This document shows, in pieces, positions 62,696-64,000 of a stretch of 64,000 bases of DNA (position 1 is the stretch's first letter; each line of letters starts with the position of its first letter). The position numbers and the translations under genes were made by a program. The DNA comes from Phoronis australis. Taxonomy: Eukaryota; Animalia; Phoronida. Under the pieces are notes generated by a model that did not search any database, was not told the origin of the DNA, and worked only from the letters and a program-made list of their open reading frames with translations. The stretch lies in NCBI GenBank assembly GCA_002633005.1, contig NMRA01000182.1, positions 133,077 through 197,076 of the forward strand. The letters run 5' to 3'.

Positions 62696-62888
62696 CTTTC
62701 CCACTTAATAGCGATACCGAATTTATAGCTATAACAGACGTACAACTATTATTAAAATCTCTTAGTCCATTTACACCGACCTCTTGTCTAGTTACATTGT
62801 CATGACATTTCGGTGGGCCTATTCTCTGGCCATCGTCAGGTGTTCCTGCGCTCTTAGAATGAGCACAGATATGTGGTACACTCATCAT
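62696..62888 (-). other. Candidate initial coding exon of unknown affiliation
   Basis: cacaccATGATG start, 64 open codons, AAG|GTAGGT donor (phase 1); no recognisable domain. Confidence 0.25.
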
Positions 62889-63977
62889 GGTGTGATTTTT
62901 TGTCCAAGGAAGGATTTGAACCCAAAGTCATTTTAGAAAGTGAATACTGAGTAGTGGGTTCGAGGCTCACTGAAAATGGTTCGCCTGCCATTTACGAGTG
63001 TTTATGAAAATGATCAGTGTCATACTTCGTCAGATATGTTTTCTTTTATTTATTTACGTCCCTCTATTGAGAGCACATCGGCTACTCTGCAGTAACAAAG
63101 AATATGCATTGCAAGTCTTGCGTATATCCTTGCCGCGACCTCTAACAATAACTTCAACGCTTCACTTTTAGTCTTCCCACTACACCGAAGCTCCGGTTAG
63201 CATCGAAGCTTCACTTCTGTATCCTACCATTTTAAGGGAAGTTTCACTTGCAGATTAACTACCAGAATTAACCTTTCCCACTCATCAAAACTTCGTTAAA
63301 AGTGAAGTTTCACTTCTAATGTGAAAGCGACTTCAGTGACTTCAATCAATATGGCATAAGTCACAACAATCAAGGAATAAAAGGCTGATAAGATTGATGA
63401 GAATTATGATAAACGGGCAGATCAAATGACTAAGTCGAAAGCGCCCAAATGCTCCCATCAGACATCTTTTGGCCACTTCAAACATTCACTGCCCTGACTG
63501 ACAAAACATTGCCTAGCTTTATCACATCCCTACCACTCGATATTGGGACAAGCAGTTAAGTGCACTCAAAATGCCGAACTATGTCATAGTCCTTTCAGCC
63601 CTCTCATGGTAAGAAAACAACCAGTCAAATGAGATAAAATAACAAATGCCCATAAGGCTGATCAGCTCTAGGGACGTTCATATGTGAATTATTTTTCAGG
63701 CGGCAGATTTGCCCTCTGATCAAAGGGCATGCACACATTATAAAAGCCTTATTCAAGGTAGACAGTTGAGTAGTTTGAAACACCTCAGTCTGAATGTTTT
63801 CATTTTAAAGACAAATCTACAATGGTTGGTGCATTAGGTCGCTTACACAAATGAGATGAGCAGAAGAATCATTTTTTCTGCTGAGGTACGCAACATAAAA
63901 TACCATCACATAGCTATTCAAATGCGAATAGCTATGTTTAATATATTGAACAGTTTTCCATAGGTAGGTAGATTTAA

Positions 63978-64000
63978 GGCGGGCCGGAGTGGGCGTGGCC
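63978..64000. promoter_or_regulatory. GC-box cluster at the window edge
   Basis: GGCGGG and GGGCGTGGC (Sp/KLF-type) motifs. Confidence 0.3.

Overview
AT-rich eukaryotic (animal, probably marine lophotrochozoan; inference) genomic DNA with spliceosomal introns. From left to right: (1) the 5' part of a minus-strand MATCAP/KIAA0895-family metallo-carboxypeptidase gene that runs off the window start; (2) an intronless four-jointed (fj/FJX1) Golgi kinase gene, with clustered TEAD and Su(H) motifs upstream and a 3' UTR of about 3 kb; (3) a minus-strand gene with six phase-compatible exons encoding a protein that resembles the fungal Bud6/Aip3 formin-binding core; (4) a tandem array of three single-exon Toll-like receptor ORFs, separated by Helentron/HINE-like repeats packed with co-oriented CTCF-type motifs. 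The most striking hypothesis concerns the TLR array. Only one recognisable ISRE+TATA+splice-donor module (35.56-35.77 kb) lies upstream of it, outside the duplicated units, while each TLR has its own splice acceptor and poly(A) signal. The three receptors may therefore be alternative whole-receptor terminal exons of one transcription unit. All family assignments come from recalled motifs and by-eye alignment; no searches were run.
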